Below, piece by piece: positions 62,609 to 64,000 of a DNA stretch of 64,000 nucleotides. The position numbers and the translations under genes are program-made. The notes under the pieces were generated by a model that was not told where the DNA came from, did not search any database, and saw only the letters and a list, made by a program, of their open reading frames with translations. The DNA comes from Candidatus Moraniibacteriota bacterium (lineage in GTDB: Bacteria > Patescibacteriota > Minisyncoccia > Moranbacterales > GCA-2747515), in contig JBBQZC010000004.1 of the NCBI GenBank assembly GCA_038208115.1, forward strand, positions 10,530 through 74,529, in the 5' to 3' direction. Each line of letters opens with the position of its first letter. Position 1 is the stretch's first letter.

Positions 62609-62648
62609 ACACGGGGCACCAACACAGGGAATGTTGATGCTCCGTTTT
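62609..62648. terminator. hairpin terminator after the VOC gene
   Basis: acggggcaccaaca...tgttgatgctccgt with flanking A/T runs. Confidence 0.55.
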
Positions 62649-62671
62649 ATGAAGACAATTAGCAAAGCATA

Positions 62672-63055
62672 TTACCCCACCATAGAATGAATGGCGATGC
62701 GATTACCTTCTGAATCTTCAATAAACGCAACAAATCCATTTTCTCCAATATTCATCTTTGGCAAAATAATCTTTATACCGTGCTCTTGTGCCTTAGCAAG
62801 ACCTTTTTCCACACTTCCTTCTGGTGCTGCAAAATACACTATAGAACCATTGTATGACGGTACATAACTAGGACCCTTCATAAGAGTTCCCGCTGATCCA
62901 TATCCCTCCATATCCATAGGAAACCAACTCATCGTAAAACCATTCATTTCTGATTGCCTCTGAAACTCAAATCCAAAATATTCTTTGTAAAATTTTTCTG
63001 CGCGATCCAGATCTGTTACTGGGATTTCCACCCAGCCGATAGGATTTTTTTGCAT
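62672..63055 (-). CDS. VOC/glyoxalase family protein
   Basis: WVEIPVTDLDRAEKFY...FIEDSEGNRIAIHS. Confidence 0.92.
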   Translation of the reverse strand: MQKNPIGWVEIPVTDLDRAEKFYKEYFGFEFQRQSEMNGFTMSWFPMDMEGYGSAGTLMKGPSYVPSYNGSIVYFAAPEGSVEKGLAKAQEHGIKIILPKMNIGENGFVAFIEDSEGNRIAIHSMVG

Positions 63056-63131
63056 ATATGTATTGATTAATGGATTAAATCGTTAAGTGAAAAGCATTGC
63101 TTGCATCTACGTCAACCTCTCAAAAAAGAAA

Positions 63132-63416
63132 TCATGGAGATCCATGTCGCATCACATGCACAGATCGTTCGTGAATTACATTATTTTTTACAAGTCTAAC
63201 CTCATATGTAAATTGCTCACCATATATACGATCGATCACCTTCTTTATTTGCTCATCGTGTTTTGAGCGTGAAAGTTCATGTACCGGCTTAACATTATCC
63301 ACAAATATAACGACGTGTTCATTTTTGGAGACAATGTCCACAACATTACTGTAAAAAATGTCTTGCGTTCGTTTATGCGTAATGAGTTGCATAAATTTTT
63401 TAATCGAATGTTTCAT
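63132..63416 (-). CDS. hypothetical protein
   Basis: 94-aa ORF co-oriented with its neighbours; weak KH/DciA-like appearance only. Confidence 0.5.
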   Translation of the reverse strand: MKHSIKKFMQLITHKRTQDIFYSNVVDIVSKNEHVVIFVDNVKPVHELSRSKHDEQIKKVIDRIYGEQFTYEVRLVKNNVIHERSVHVMRHGSP

Positions 63417-63570
63417 AGAAAGTGCTGTTAAGATTTAAAATATCAAATCTACACAAAACCAAATAAATTCTCATTCTTTTACTAGTAATAGTAATACAGC
63501 GAGATTTTGTTTTTTCTTTCACATCATAAAATATCTCATTGTTTGCAAGACTATTTATATAGCAAATAAC

Positions 63571-64000
63571 CTACGCGCCTATCTGGAAAATAAAAAAATA
63601 TAATGAAAAAAATATAAGCAGCACGCCAAAAAGTATTTTTACCATAGATGATTTGGTGCGCATATCCACTTTTGCACCGATGTACGCCATAGGCACAACA
63701 CCTATGCCCATAGCAGCACTTATACCGAGATCGATATGTCCCAACTGATAATGAATAATACACGAAGGAATAATGAGTACTGCTATCGTCAAAAGCGACG
63801 TAGCGATAGCTTCTTTTATCCGCATATCAAAAAGCATTACAAACGCTGCAATAAAAAACAACCCACCTCCGTTTGCGAGGATACCAGATATAATACCGAT
63901 GATTGACGATACGCCAAAAATATATAGCGCTGGAATCATGTTTTGTCTTTTTTGAAGAGATGCTTTTTTCTTTTCATGAATACTATCACGTATAAAATTC
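63571..64000 (-). CDS. TauE/SafE sulfite exporter family protein (5' end outside the window)
   Basis: GIISGILANGGG, AIATSL, GHID; frame stays open to the window edge. Confidence 0.85.
   Translation of the reverse strand, partial: NFIRDSIHEKKKASLQKRQNMIPALYIFGVSSIIGIISGILANGGGLFFIAAFVMLFDMRIKEAIATSLLTIAVLIIPSCIIHYQLGHIDLGISAAMGIGVVPMAYIGAKVDMRTKSSMVKILFGVLLIFFSLYFFIFQIGA

Noticed and set aside
62350-62625. N-terminal extension of the SHOCT ORF (189 aa in the track)
   Set aside because: It starts inside a terminator hairpin, and the family-like sequence begins at ATG 62349.

Overview
AT-rich bacterial chromosome segment with almost every gene on the minus strand. Gene content suggests a Patescibacteria/CPR genome, probably Parcubacteria (inference): a monoderm-type type IV pilus locus with no pilQ in view, a lone receiver domain between pilB and pilT, and little biosynthesis. 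Left to right it holds: RDD protein and ligA; a ~23 kb type IV pilus cluster (minor pilins, pilD, two pilins, pilC/T/B/O/N/M) whose two pilin genes bracket a glycosylation block (2 methyltransferases, flippase, 4 GTs, 2 paralogous GT-C-like membrane proteins); recA, a rodZ-like gene and ftsK; an ECF sigma/anti-sigma locus with a repeated promoter motif; mscL, manC and a P-type ATPase; a GH18-CE4-GT2 polysaccharide synthase with two RlpA/DPBB-like paralogs; dapA with a divergent ACT regulator; a GH28; tRNA-Ser(CGA); and ABC/MFS transporters. Three structures stand out. (1) Three integrase-less 1.1-1.5 kb units sit downstream of tRNA-Ser, each bounded by a conserved ungapped site (hairpin + tRNA-Ser 3' remnant + GGACGAwGTTGGAACnTTTT), like a tRNA-anchored cassette array. 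(2) One unit encodes a membrane-anchored Cys-rich protein ending in a homolog of this genome's pilin head. (3) A consensus sigma70 promoter precedes two tandem Phe/Tyr/Trp-rich leader-peptide attenuators in front of an uncharacterised gene.
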